A DNA stretch of 64,000 nt, taken from assembly GCA_965206595.1 (NCBI GenBank), contig OZ242214.1:3264001-3328000 (forward strand), given 5' to 3'. A program made the position numbers and the translations under genes. The notes beneath the pieces are model-generated. The model made no database searches and had not been told where the DNA came from. It was given only the letters and a program-made list of their open reading frames with translations. This stretch comes from Candidatus Latescibacterota bacterium. Lineage in GTDB: Bacteria; Latescibacterota; UBA2968; UBA8231. The stretch's first letter is position 1. The number at the start of each line of letters is the position of its first letter. Shown here one piece after another: positions 30,482 to 40,243 of this stretch.

Positions 30482-31434
30482 CGGTATCCTTCCGGTGAAG
30501 TGAATCGCCGCAGATCCTCGTCGCTCGCGGCGGTCCGGTCGTCCCATTCCCCCATGGCGAAACCGCGTTCGTCCGCCGGCGTCGCCAGGTCGCGGTAGCG
30601 CGCCCCGCGCGTCCACACCTGCTTGCCCTCGAACAGGACCTTCAGCTGTTCGGGAATGCGCTCCCGGAACCCGGGGCTGAGCTCGCCGTGATCCCAGTAG
30701 GGGAACATCGTCGACCCGTACCCGGTTATGATGATGATGCGTTCGCGGTCGCAGCGGATCGGCCCGGTGGCGTGCGCAAGGGTTTCGCAGAACAGCAGCG
30801 TCGACCCGGCCGGGGCGACCACCTGGTGAACGAGCGACCGGTCCTCTTCGGCCAGGGCGATCAGCTCGTTCGCCGGGGCGTCGATCTTGTGGCTGCCGGC
30901 GATGACGGCTGTGCCGCCGTCGTCCGGTCCGAGGTCGGTGAGGTTGGTCAGGGTCTTGACGAAGTTGCAGTGGAAGAGCCCGTCGTGGGTGTGGCCGGCG
31001 TAGGGGACGTCGGTGCCGCGGTGAAAGCCGGTCAGGTTTTCCTCCCAGGTGTTGTCCGGGTCGCGGGAGTTGATGTGGGCGTTCATCTCGACGATGCGCG
31101 CCTCGCCGCCCATCAGCTCCTCGGCGAGGGAGACCATGTACGGGTGGGTGGCGTAGGCGGTGATCGCCGGGTCGGACTCCCAGATGTTGACGGCGAACCT
31201 GTGGCACGGTTTGTCGGCCCCGAGAAAGGCACCCCGCACCCGGGGGCCGTTCGGGCCGCGGTCCTCGAGGGCGTCGAGGTCGGCGAACAGGCGGTACAGC
31301 GCCTCCTTCAGGCGCCCGACCTCGTCGCCGCTCAGGGCGTTCTCGAGGACGACGTACCCGTACACCTCGAGGTGGTAGCGCTGCGCCGGGGTCAGCGGTG
31401 GAAACGGACGCCGGAAGGTCGCCGCGGCGGACAT
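30478..31434 (-). CDS. Phytanoyl-CoA dioxygenase (PhyH) family protein
   Basis: YGYVVLENAL, FHRG, LTDLGPDDGGTAVIAGSHK and AGSTLLF.E.LAH motifs. Confidence 0.85.
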   Translation of the reverse strand: MSAAATFRRPFPPLTPAQRYHLEVYGYVVLENALSGDEVGRLKEALYRLFADLDALEDRGPNGPRVRGAFLGADKPCHRFAVNIWESDPAITAYATHPYMVSLAEELMGGEARIVEMNAHINSRDPDNTWEENLTGFHRGTDVPYAGHTHDGLFHCNFVKTLTNLTDLGPDDGGTAVIAGSHKIDAPANELIALAEEDRSLVHQVVAPAGSTLLFCETLAHATGPIRCDRERIIIITGYGSTMFPYWDHGELSPGFRERIPEQLKVLFEGKQVWTRGARYRDLATPADERGFAMGEWDDRTAASDEDLRRFTSPEGYR

Positions 31435-31437
31435 CGG

Positions 31438-32154
31438 CTACGCGGTTCCTTTCAGGTAGGCTTGGCGGCGGCGCTCGGGGAAGCGCTCGATGGCGTAGCG
31501 GAGCATGGTGCGCGGCATGCGCCCGTAGCGGTCCTGCAGGAACTCCTCCTCGCGCCGGAGGTCGCGCTTGCCCACCTCCCGCAGCATCCAGCCGACCGCC
31601 TTGTGAATGAGGTCCTCGCCGTCGTCGAGGAGGCGATCGGCTATGCGCAAGGTGTCGTCGAACTGTTCCCGCTGGATGAAGAAGAAGGTGGCGATTACGG
31701 CGATCCGCCGTTCCCAGAAGTTTTTCGAGCGGGCCAGGCGGTCGAGGTGGCGGCGGCTGCGGTTTTCCAGGTGCGGCCCGACGATCTTGTGGGCGGAGGC
31801 ATCGACGAGATCCCAGTTGTTGATGAAGGCGGTGTGGCCGAGGTAGGCGTCGTAGATCCGCTTGCGCTCCGCAGCGTCTCCGCGCTTGTACTGATCGCAG
31901 AGAATGAGCAGGGCGAGCAGGCGCTCCTCGTGAATGGCGGAGCGAAGCAGCGCCAGCACCTCGTCGTGGGCCAGGGCGCGGTATTGTTTTGCGACCCCGC
32001 GGATCGCAGGCACCCGGACGCCGATGAAGCGGTCTTCCTCGGCGTACTCACCGGGGCCGGTCTTGAAGAAGCGCTGCGAGTGCGCGGCGATCCCGTCGTC
32101 GGTCAGTGCCTGCAGGTCGCGGCGGGCTTGTGCTGTCGTCGTTTGTGATTGCAT
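31438..32154 (-). CDS. DNA alkylation repair protein (AlkD-like)
   Basis: RFFKTGPGEY, INNWDLVD, WERRIA, DLIHKAVGWMLREVGK and MPRTMLRYAIE motifs. Confidence 0.9.
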   Translation of the reverse strand: MQSQTTTAQARRDLQALTDDGIAAHSQRFFKTGPGEYAEEDRFIGVRVPAIRGVAKQYRALAHDEVLALLRSAIHEERLLALLILCDQYKRGDAAERKRIYDAYLGHTAFINNWDLVDASAHKIVGPHLENRSRRHLDRLARSKNFWERRIAVIATFFFIQREQFDDTLRIADRLLDDGEDLIHKAVGWMLREVGKRDLRREEEFLQDRYGRMPRTMLRYAIERFPERRRQAYLKGTA

Positions 32155-32460
32155 CTCGGAATCGGCGGCGAAATTGGCGCCCTCTTCCGGGGCGTGTCAA
32201 CAGCCCGGCGCCGGGAGGATGCGGGCCGGGGATGGAAGGGGGTTGAGACCGGAACAGCGTCAGGAGTGGGCGAACTGGGGAAAGCTGTCACTTGGTTGCG
32301 CCCCGTCCAGCGCCATTCAGGGTGAGGGAGCACTCCATGCGCTCCTGGAAATGGAGCATGGCAGGGGGAAGACCGATTTAGTCCTTTGGTGACTTGATTG
32401 ACCTGGGGGATAGCCGCCCCCAGAATTGCCCGACCGACTTCTGATTCGAAAGCGACACCC

Positions 32461-33249
32461 ATGAAGCTGACATCCGAACAGCTGCGCTTCTTCAAGCGCG
32501 AGGGGTACCTGATCCTGCGCGGCCTCATGGACCCGGAGCTGACGGCGCGGGCGCGCGAGCGGCTGTGGGACGATCCCCCGGCGTCGCTGAAAAGGAAGGA
32601 CCCGGCCACCTGGGTGGGGCCGCTTCCCGAAGCGGACCACTCGGACGACAGCGACAACGAGCGGAGAGGGTACCGCTGGCAGTACCGCCGCATTGGCCGC
32701 GAGGACTGGATCGTCCGCATGCTGGCGACCGACCCGGCGATCTTCGGAGTGGCCGAGCAGATGCTGGGGGCCGGGGGGGTGCGGATACCGGAGCGGATCC
32801 GCGGCATCTACTGCACTCTGCCGTACGGAGACCGGCCGCGGCCTGAGAACGGCTGCCACTGCGACGCGCATCCGTTCCACCTCGGGGTGGTCGGGTACAT
32901 CGACGACGTCGAGCCCGACGGCGGCGCCTTCTGCGTCTGGCCCGGGAGCCACCGCGAGTTCTACCACACCTTCACTACCGGGTACATGCGGGACAAGACC
33001 GGCGAGTACGAGCCGTTGCGCGAACGCCTGAACCGGCAGCCCCCCGTCGACTGCCACGGGGCGGCCGGCGACGTCCTGTTCTGGCACCACCGCCTCGGGC
33101 ACATGGCCGGCCACAACTACTCGGACCGCATTCGCCAAGCCGTGCTCTACGATTTCCGGCGCACCGATCTCGAGGAGATCCAGGGGTTGCCGCCGCCGCG
33201 GGACATGTGGAAGGACTGGTCGGAGGAACTCAGGGAAGTAGAGCTGTAG
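32461..33249 (+). CDS. Phytanoyl-CoA dioxygenase (PhyH) family protein
   Basis: MKLTSEQLRFFKREGYL, HCD, GGAFCVWPGSH and GDVLFWHHRLGH motifs. Confidence 0.87.
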   Translation: MKLTSEQLRFFKREGYLILRGLMDPELTARARERLWDDPPASLKRKDPATWVGPLPEADHSDDSDNERRGYRWQYRRIGREDWIVRMLATDPAIFGVAEQMLGAGGVRIPERIRGIYCTLPYGDRPRPENGCHCDAHPFHLGVVGYIDDVEPDGGAFCVWPGSHREFYHTFTTGYMRDKTGEYEPLRERLNRQPPVDCHGAAGDVLFWHHRLGHMAGHNYSDRIRQAVLYDFRRTDLEEIQGLPPPRDMWKDWSEELREVEL

Positions 33250-33292
33250 GTGGGTTCTTCGGTCGGCGCGACCCGGTGGAGGCCCTCGCGAC

Positions 33293-34084
33293 CTACTTGA
33301 CCCAGAATCCCCCGTCGACCCGCAGGGTGGCCGCGGTGATGTAGTCGGCCGCGTCCGAGGAGAGGAAGGCCGCGGCCTTGCCGAGATCCTCTATGGTGCC
33401 CAGCCGCCCCCAAGGCAGCTCCCGCCCCCCTTCCCGCAGCTCATCCTCCGTGGCGAACTGCCGTTCCCCGGGGGTGTCCGTCCAACCCGGCTCGATGACG
33501 TTGACGCGGATGCGATGAGGGGCCAGCTCCTTGGCGATGGTGGCGGCCATGTGGTTGACCCCGGCCTTGGCGGTGTTGTACGGCACCGAGGTCGCCATCG
33601 GGATGAAGGAGAGCACCGAGCTGATGAAGAGGATGTTGCCCCCCTCGCCCTGCTCGACCATGCGCCGCGCCGCGTGCTGCGCGGTGTGGAACGACCCCCA
33701 CAGCGTCACCTCGAGGGTGCGCCGCATCGCCTCGAGCGAGAGCTCGAGAAACGGCTCGCGCTTGGAGTAGTAGGAGTTGCAGACCACGGTGTCGAGGCGG
33801 CCCAGTTCGTCGATGGCGCCGTCGACCATGCCCTCGACCGCGCCGCGGTCCGACACGTCCGCCTGGAACAGGGCGGCGCGACGCCCCAGGCCTTTCACTT
33901 CCGCGGCGACCGCTTCCGCGTCGTCGGCATGGGTGTGGTAGTTGATGGCGACGTCGGCACCGCAACGGGCCATCTCGACGGCGCAGCCGCGGCCGATGCC
34001 GCGGGACGAACCGGTTATGAGGGCGACTTTTCCGCTGAGATCGATGATGGCTCTGTCTCCTGTCGTTTGCGATTCGGAAATCAA
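33293..34084 (-). CDS. SDR family NAD(P)-dependent oxidoreductase
   Basis: TGSSRGIG, YNTAK and IRVNVIEPGWTDT motifs. Confidence 0.92.
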   Translation of the reverse strand: MISESQTTGDRAIIDLSGKVALITGSSRGIGRGCAVEMARCGADVAINYHTHADDAEAVAAEVKGLGRRAALFQADVSDRGAVEGMVDGAIDELGRLDTVVCNSYYSKREPFLELSLEAMRRTLEVTLWGSFHTAQHAARRMVEQGEGGNILFISSVLSFIPMATSVPYNTAKAGVNHMAATIAKELAPHRIRVNVIEPGWTDTPGERQFATEDELREGGRELPWGRLGTIEDLGKAAAFLSSDAADYITAATLRVDGGFWVK

Positions 34085-34125
34085 TAGGCTTCGCGCCGGG
34101 AATTACAGGCGAGGTTGGATCGCGA

Positions 34126-35298
34126 TCAAAGGGTCCGCTGTGACGCCGGCGGCCACGGCATGCGATAGCGCTGCAGCAGCTCGTGGAAGTCCCGGCGGTC
34201 GAGGGGAGCCGTCTCGCTGCGGAACAGGTGGGAGGGGCAGTCGCAATCGGAGGATCCAAAACCCGGCACGCCCGCACCCATGATCGCCTCCAAGCCTCGG
34301 ACAAGCTCGCATTCCAGCCGCCGTGAGGCGCGCACCGGCACCGGCACCACCGCGTCGGCGGCCTGGCGCAGGTAGTCGACATGCCAGTGCATCCGCTTGC
34401 GCAAGCGGCAGTGCCGCGCCAGCCTGGCGCTGAGGTTGGCCATGGCCGAGCCGGCGTACACGTAGTGCCCCTTCTCGAACAGCATCGACCCGAGTTGTCC
34501 CACCTGCAGGCGCCGCCGCCGCGCCAGGTGCAGCAGCAGGAAGTAGGAGCCGCGGTCGTCGACCTCCTTGTCGAGGAACTCCCACGGGATCTCGAGCTCC
34601 CGAACCCGCGGTCCGAGGCTGAGGCCGGGCCGCCAGGAAACCGCCGCGGTCAGGACGTCGACGGCCTCGCGGACTTCGAGCAGGGTGCGGCTGAAGGCGA
34701 GGTCGGAGTGGTAGTCGGGCATGAACCAGTCGGCGCGCGGGGTGTGCACGACGAACAGGACCACCGGCCGGACGCCGCTGCGCGACAGCTCGGCGAGCTC
34801 GAGCAGGTGCCTCCTGCCGCGCGCGGTGACGGCATCGGGGAACATGGCGACGCGGTTGCCGTAGAGGGTGCAGGACTTCACTTCGAGATAGAGCTCGCGG
34901 CCCCCGCGTGAAAGCAGGAAATCGAAGCGGCTGCTTCCGGCGCGGACCTCGCTGCCGGCTATCTCCGCGCCCGCGAGGGAGGGGATGCGGCCCCCTTCGA
35001 TCAGGCGGCGGGCGACGGCGTTGGTGAGCCCGGTGTGGAGAAAGACAAGGTCCCCGTCCCGCTCGACGGCGACCGCGGTGTAGCGCGTTTTTCGGCGGAC
35101 GGGTCCGCTGGAAGTGCCCCGGTTTTCTGTCAGGTACATAGCGACCCCGGGGAACAGCAGCTCCCACATCCGTCCCGGGTTCGGCAGGAAGGCGCGGACG
35201 AGGCGGCCGTCGGCCAGCCGGCAGCGCACGAGGAACTGGTTGGGCCGGTCGACGAAGCCGGCCTTCAGTAATTCCCCCGCTACGAACGGTGCCGTCAT
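34126..35298 (-). CDS. sfsA: SfsA-type nuclease fused to C-terminal GIY-YIG (DUF123-like) domain
   Basis: RPNQF..PNPGRMWEL, SRFDF, EVKSCTL and FPDAVT.RG..HL.EL, followed by GSY..G.Y.YAGSA..RLARH..HWHVDYL..GFGSSDC.C.SHL. Confidence 0.85.
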   Translation of the reverse strand: MTAPFVAGELLKAGFVDRPNQFLVRCRLADGRLVRAFLPNPGRMWELLFPGVAMYLTENRGTSSGPVRRKTRYTAVAVERDGDLVFLHTGLTNAVARRLIEGGRIPSLAGAEIAGSEVRAGSSRFDFLLSRGGRELYLEVKSCTLYGNRVAMFPDAVTARGRRHLLELAELSRSGVRPVVLFVVHTPRADWFMPDYHSDLAFSRTLLEVREAVDVLTAAVSWRPGLSLGPRVRELEIPWEFLDKEVDDRGSYFLLLHLARRRRLQVGQLGSMLFEKGHYVYAGSAMANLSARLARHCRLRKRMHWHVDYLRQAADAVVPVPVRASRRLECELVRGLEAIMGAGVPGFGSSDCDCPSHLFRSETAPLDRRDFHELLQRYRMPWPPASQRTL

Positions 35299-35402
35299 CG
35301 CCGGTATCGGAACTCCGCGGCCCGGCATCGGGATTTGTAAGCGCGATAGCGGTGCAGCAGATTCAACCGATTCATCAACAGAAATCGAGAAAGGATCGAA
35401 AA

Positions 35403-36143
35403 ATGGCGAAGCAGAACGTGGGCTACGACGATACTCCGATGCTCCCAGGCGGCAAGTGGCGCGTCCACGACGGCGACAGGCCGCAGCCGCGCGTGGTCGA
35501 CCCGGGCACCGGCCGCACCCCGGGGCGCGCGCCCTCCGACGCCGTCGTCCTGTTCGACGGCACCGACCTGTCCGCCTGGGTGGGCCGCGACGGCGAGGCG
35601 CAGTGGAAGGTCGAGAACGGCTACATGGAGGTGGTCGGCGGTACCGGCAACATCCTCAGCAGGGAGCACTTCGGCGACTGCCAGCTGCACCTCGAGTGGG
35701 CGGAGCCGGCCGTCGTTGAGGGGGACAGCCAGGGGCGCGGCAACAGCGGCGTCTTCCTGATGGACAAGTACGAGATCCAGGTGCTCGACGGGTACGACAA
35801 CCCGACCTACGCCGACGGCCAGTGCGGGGCCATCTACGGCCAGTACCCGCCGCTGGTGAACGCCTCGCGCCCGCCGGGGGAGTGGCAGTCGTACGACATC
35901 GTCTTCGAGGCGCCGCGCTGGGACGCCGACGGCAGCCTCGAGAAGCCGGCGTTAATCACCGTGCTGCAGAACGGCGTCCTCCTCCACCACCGGCAGGAGA
36001 TCCTCGGCCCCACCGGCCACCGCGGCTCGGCCAACTACGACACCCCCCACGACTCGGAAGGTCCGCTGCACCTGCAGGACCACGGCAACCCGGTGCGCTA
36101 CCGCAACATCTGGATGCGCCGGCTCACGGGGTACGACGAGTAG
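35403..36143 (+). CDS. DUF1080 / 3-keto-disaccharide hydrolase family protein
   Basis: PSDAVVLFDG, FGDCQLHLEW, GNSGVF, YEIQVLD and LQDHGNPVRYRNIW motifs. Confidence 0.9.
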   Translation: MAKQNVGYDDTPMLPGGKWRVHDGDRPQPRVVDPGTGRTPGRAPSDAVVLFDGTDLSAWVGRDGEAQWKVENGYMEVVGGTGNILSREHFGDCQLHLEWAEPAVVEGDSQGRGNSGVFLMDKYEIQVLDGYDNPTYADGQCGAIYGQYPPLVNASRPPGEWQSYDIVFEAPRWDADGSLEKPALITVLQNGVLLHHRQEILGPTGHRGSANYDTPHDSEGPLHLQDHGNPVRYRNIWMRRLTGYDE

Positions 36144-36153
36144 TGAGGTATAA

Positions 36154-36720
36154 TCAGCGGCGGCGGGTGCCGAAGACGAAGTCCCAGAGCGGGGTGGTGA
36201 CCCCGTAGGCGACGGTGTCGTCCCGGTAGTGATGGCCGAGATGGTAGCGCCGCCATTGCCGCATCAGCCCGAAGCGCCGGAACTGTCCGGTGTGCACGAG
36301 GAAGTGCACGGTCTCGTACGCCAGGTACCCAAGGGCGAGGCCGGCGAACAGCGGGGCCGCGGCCAGGAAACCGGCAAGCAACCAGAACAGTCCGTAGAAC
36401 AGCGCCGCGACCGGCAGGGTGAAGGCCGGCGACATGGTCAGCCGCCGGGTGTCGGAGGGGAAGTCGTGGTGGCGCCCGTGATACAGGTAGACGATGCGCT
36501 GCATCGCGGGGCTTTCGGATTCGAGGTGGAAGAGGAGGCGGTGAACGAGGTACTCGACGAGGGTCCAGGTCAGCAGCCCGGCCCCTATCAGGCAGAAGAG
36601 CCGGGCAACCGGCATGCCGGCGGCGGCCCAGGCGGACAGACCTGCGGCGAACGGCAGGAAGATGGCCGCGGGCACGGCGAGCTGAGAGGCGCTGCCCTGC
36701 TGTTCCGCAATCGACGTCAT
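36154..36720 (-). CDS. Fatty acid hydroxylase / sterol desaturase family protein
   Basis: His boxes EYLVHRLLFH, HGRHH, YETVHFLVH and HLGHH; YGVTTPLWDFVFGT. Confidence 0.88.
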   Translation of the reverse strand: MTSIAEQQGSASQLAVPAAIFLPFAAGLSAWAAAGMPVARLFCLIGAGLLTWTLVEYLVHRLLFHLESESPAMQRIVYLYHGRHHDFPSDTRRLTMSPAFTLPVAALFYGLFWLLAGFLAAAPLFAGLALGYLAYETVHFLVHTGQFRRFGLMRQWRRYHLGHHYRDDTVAYGVTTPLWDFVFGTRRR

Positions 36721-36741
36721 GACGATGCAAGATAAAAACCC

Positions 36742-37374
36742 GTGACCCCACTCGACAGACTCTACGTAGATCTCGACGACGTCATCGGCGAGACCGCGCG
36801 GCGGCTGCTCGTGATGGCCGAGCAGGAGTACGGCCTCGAGGTCCCCTTCGAAGCGGTGACCTCCTTCGATCTCGACGTCGTCTTCGGTATGGACGCGGAG
36901 GAAACCGCGCAGTTCTACCGGCGCTCCAATCAGGCGGACGTGCTGTCAGGGGTGGCGCTCCGGGAGGGGGCGGCCGAGAGCCTGGCGGCCTGCCGCGCCC
37001 GCGGCATCCAGGTCTGGGTCGTCACCGGCAGGCCCGCGGCCACGAGCGACCTGACGCGGGAATGGCTCGCCGGCCGCGGGGTGCCGCACGACGAGCTGAT
37101 CTTCGTCGAAAAGTACGGCCCCTGGGAGGAGCTGGACGGGCTCCCGCCCGCCGACCCGGCGGAACCGGTATCGCTCGAGGAGCTGGCGGCAATGGAGTTC
37201 CGGGCGGCCATCGAGGATCACCCCGGGATGGCGCGATTTCTGGCCGGGCGCATGCGCACCCCGGTGCTGCTGATGGACCGGCCCTGGAACCGCGACCCCG
37301 AAGCCGACGCTCACCCGCTGATCACCCGTTGCCGCGACTGGCCGGCGGTGCTGGCGGCACTCGGGCTCGGGTAG
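36742..37374 (+). CDS. HAD-family 5'(3')-nucleotidase (NT5C-like)
   Basis: VDLDDVI, VTGRP, IEDHP and DRPWNR..RC.DW motifs. Confidence 0.8.
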   Translation: MTPLDRLYVDLDDVIGETARRLLVMAEQEYGLEVPFEAVTSFDLDVVFGMDAEETAQFYRRSNQADVLSGVALREGAAESLAACRARGIQVWVVTGRPAATSDLTREWLAGRGVPHDELIFVEKYGPWEELDGLPPADPAEPVSLEELAAMEFRAAIEDHPGMARFLAGRMRTPVLLMDRPWNRDPEADAHPLITRCRDWPAVLAALGLG

Positions 37375-37411
37375 GGCGCGGACCGTCTTGGAGTTCCTTC
37401 TCCGAGCCGAT

Positions 37412-40027
37412 TCAGTCCGCCGCCGGTGGATCTTCGTATTCCTCTGTATCGGAGTTCCAATATCCATACTCCCAAGCGTCAGCAATGGCTGATGGCTCTA
37501 CGTTGGACGCGGAAATCCATCTTTTTGTTGGCCGGTGGCCTTGCCTTCGCGGAACCTCCACTTGGTACATAAGGTTCCCTTCCATAATCGTTGGCTGTAT
37601 TATCTCGACATCGGAAACCATTTGGCCACCCTCCCGGTAGCAGACACGAGAACCGGGCTTAAAGACTTGCTCAAACCCTAAAGAATCAGACTCAACGTCC
37701 TCAGGGGAATCAGGTGAATCACCAGAAAAACCGGAGATTTCCTCGCTCACGAGCGCGACAATTTTCCCAAGGTCACTTTCCTCATCATCTGGGTCCTGTT
37801 TAACTGCCGCTGATAAACGAGTAAGAAGGTGTTGGAATTTTAGATAAACTCGCTCGGTCAACCGCAGGCTACCGTAGGTTTCATCGTATATTGCTATACA
37901 ACCGCCTCGTAACCCGCCACCATCAAGACTTCGTACAGAAATGTTCGATGCGGCGGAACCTACATCTTGTGAACCAATGCTGTATTCCCGGAGAATTACC
38001 TCTCTCAATCGATCGCCAAAGGTTCTCCTGGCGGACGACTCTTTGAACCACTCCTTTTCAATACACAAGACGACCCCACTCGTGCGAAAGTTTCGTGAAC
38101 GCGGACGCATGTTGGGATTTCTCTGCTGGAGGCTCTGGTAGGATTGAAAAACTCCGGTACGTCCATCAACATATCCTTCAACTCTCTCGGTAATCTGCAT
38201 CTGGCATTCGGTAAGAAATCCGTTTTCCCCTCGAATAAAATGATTTTCAAATATGTCACCTGGTGCCACGCTGGCGTTGATCCACGTCTTTATTCTTGGT
38301 TGTGTGGACCGGCCTGGGTGGGAAGGCTTAACGCGAATAAATGAATCGAACGTACTGGCGTGCCAAGCAACTACCTCATAAGCTTTCGTCAGGTGTAGGT
38401 AGGTCGCTCCTGGGTAGCACTCCCGAAGGGCTTGGAGCTGATTTACCTTACCGAAACTGTCAGCGTTGAGCCCCCTTTTTATATCGAATCTCACTTCGCA
38501 AACATTGCGAAGTGGATAGCCATTGTGTGGCGTATCTCCTCCCAAAGTGGCCACCGCATCAAATTCCGGTGGTCGATCACCGCCTGATCGCGCTGCCGCA
38601 TGCATATCTTTAAACCCTTCAGGCCAATCGATATCGGATGGAGTTGTTGAAGATGCGCCAAGGAATTCTAATTCTTCGGAAAGACAGCGTCCGTGGGCGA
38701 ATTGCATAAACCGATTGTCGAGATAAAGATAGGATGGCTCAACCGACATGTCATGATATTCGCGTAAAGTCGTACCGTAGGCAGAAAAGGCATTGCCGGG
38801 GGCAATCACAACAAATGCACCTGGACCATTCCTGCCAACTCGTCCCAATCGCTGACGATAGGCTTTACGAGTACTGGGAACTCCAATGTTGAAACCGACA
38901 CGCAGATGGGGGATGTCGATTCCGAGTTCCAATGCGGAAGTAGAAACAATGCCTCTAAGGTCCCCTGACCTTAGCCTTTGTTCAATTTTTGCGCGAGCCT
39001 CCGGATCATAACCTGCGCGATACGGCAGTACATCGGTGTTTTGAAGTAGTTCATTCAGTTCTAAATTGGACTGGTCTCCACTCGCCACAGCCAGACCCTC
39101 GACTCCTTTTCTCGAATCTCGAAAAGTGATGAATCCGCCTTCGCGACCTTTCTCAAGAACGCAGTCTTGTAATGCCCGGGCGATCTGTCCCTCCTCTCCA
39201 ATTGGACATGCGATGTGCGCAACCGTTCGTTTGTGTTGTTGAGCTCCATCGACTTCGTGGTCCACGACTGCAAACTCAGATCCCGTGAGTAGCTTCATGT
39301 GTTCACCAGGGTTTTTTATCGTTGCAGTCGCCGCGACGAGCTGCAAAGGCAAAGATTTCGCTTTACCCTTAAGCAGAAGGTTACGAGCGGCGGTCAGTCG
39401 GCGGATCAGAAACGCGAAGTTGCTTCCGAATACGCCTTCCAGAATATGGGCTTCATCCATCACAACAGTAGATAGCGCCATAAAAAACTTCCTAATTACC
39501 GGCAAAGAAAGACGGGACATTGCCCATGCGTGAAATACGTCAGGTGTCATAGCTACGATACGAGACCGCCTCAGTATTTCCTCGCGTTCAATTGAGGGCA
39601 CGGAACCATCGATTCGCCCGATGACTTCATGATCGAGTCCCAAGGATCGCGCCATCTCCTGCCAGCCCTGAACTTGATCTGCGGCCAGAGCCTTGAGCGG
39701 GTAGAATACAAGAACTCGGCTGTCGGGTTGGAGAAAGGTTTTGTGGAAAGCAAGTGATCGAAAGATGAGACTTTTTCCCGAAGCTGTCCCCGAGGACATC
39801 ACAACATTTTCTCCTCGCCCAAGTATCTCGAGCGCCAGAGCCTGATGTGCCCAAAGTGGTCCGCCCCAGCCATTCATTTCAGCTTGATTTTTGAGGTAGG
39901 GTCCAACTCCGGATTTGAACAGATAACCCGGAATCCCCTGGAAGCTGGCACTCTTCCCAGGAATCTCAAAACGCTCAACTACCGAGAACTCCTCGCCATC
40001 AAGAACCTCCCGAAGTACATCGTACAT
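37412..40027 (-). CDS. DEAD/DEAH-box helicase, MrfA/YprA/Hrq1-like
   Basis: LWAHQA, GTASGKS, YPLKALA.DQ, DEAH, ATAT, YRAGY, TSALELGIDI and QRLGRVGR motifs; visibly lower GC than its flanks. Confidence 0.88.
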   Translation of the reverse strand: MYDVLREVLDGEEFSVVERFEIPGKSASFQGIPGYLFKSGVGPYLKNQAEMNGWGGPLWAHQALALEILGRGENVVMSSGTASGKSLIFRSLAFHKTFLQPDSRVLVFYPLKALAADQVQGWQEMARSLGLDHEVIGRIDGSVPSIEREEILRRSRIVAMTPDVFHAWAMSRLSLPVIRKFFMALSTVVMDEAHILEGVFGSNFAFLIRRLTAARNLLLKGKAKSLPLQLVAATATIKNPGEHMKLLTGSEFAVVDHEVDGAQQHKRTVAHIACPIGEEGQIARALQDCVLEKGREGGFITFRDSRKGVEGLAVASGDQSNLELNELLQNTDVLPYRAGYDPEARAKIEQRLRSGDLRGIVSTSALELGIDIPHLRVGFNIGVPSTRKAYRQRLGRVGRNGPGAFVVIAPGNAFSAYGTTLREYHDMSVEPSYLYLDNRFMQFAHGRCLSEELEFLGASSTTPSDIDWPEGFKDMHAAARSGGDRPPEFDAVATLGGDTPHNGYPLRNVCEVRFDIKRGLNADSFGKVNQLQALRECYPGATYLHLTKAYEVVAWHASTFDSFIRVKPSHPGRSTQPRIKTWINASVAPGDIFENHFIRGENGFLTECQMQITERVEGYVDGRTGVFQSYQSLQQRNPNMRPRSRNFRTSGVVLCIEKEWFKESSARRTFGDRLREVILREYSIGSQDVGSAASNISVRSLDGGGLRGGCIAIYDETYGSLRLTERVYLKFQHLLTRLSAAVKQDPDDEESDLGKIVALVSEEISGFSGDSPDSPEDVESDSLGFEQVFKPGSRVCYREGGQMVSDVEIIQPTIMEGNLMYQVEVPRRQGHRPTKRWISASNVEPSAIADAWEYGYWNSDTEEYEDPPAAD

Positions 40028-40243
40028 GCGGCTCCTCCAGTCTATGGAAACACGAAATCGTAAACCAAGTCCACGAGTTGTGCGCTTGGCCCTATCAAAT
40101 TAAGGGAAAAGGAGCAATGGGAAAAAACTCCATTGGTATCCAACTGGGATCCCCAACAAGAGGTGGCAGGCGTAGCTTCTGGGGGAATTGTTGCAATAGC
40201 CGGAACTGTTGGAAAAGGAATGGAGTAACACCCTGCCCCCAAA

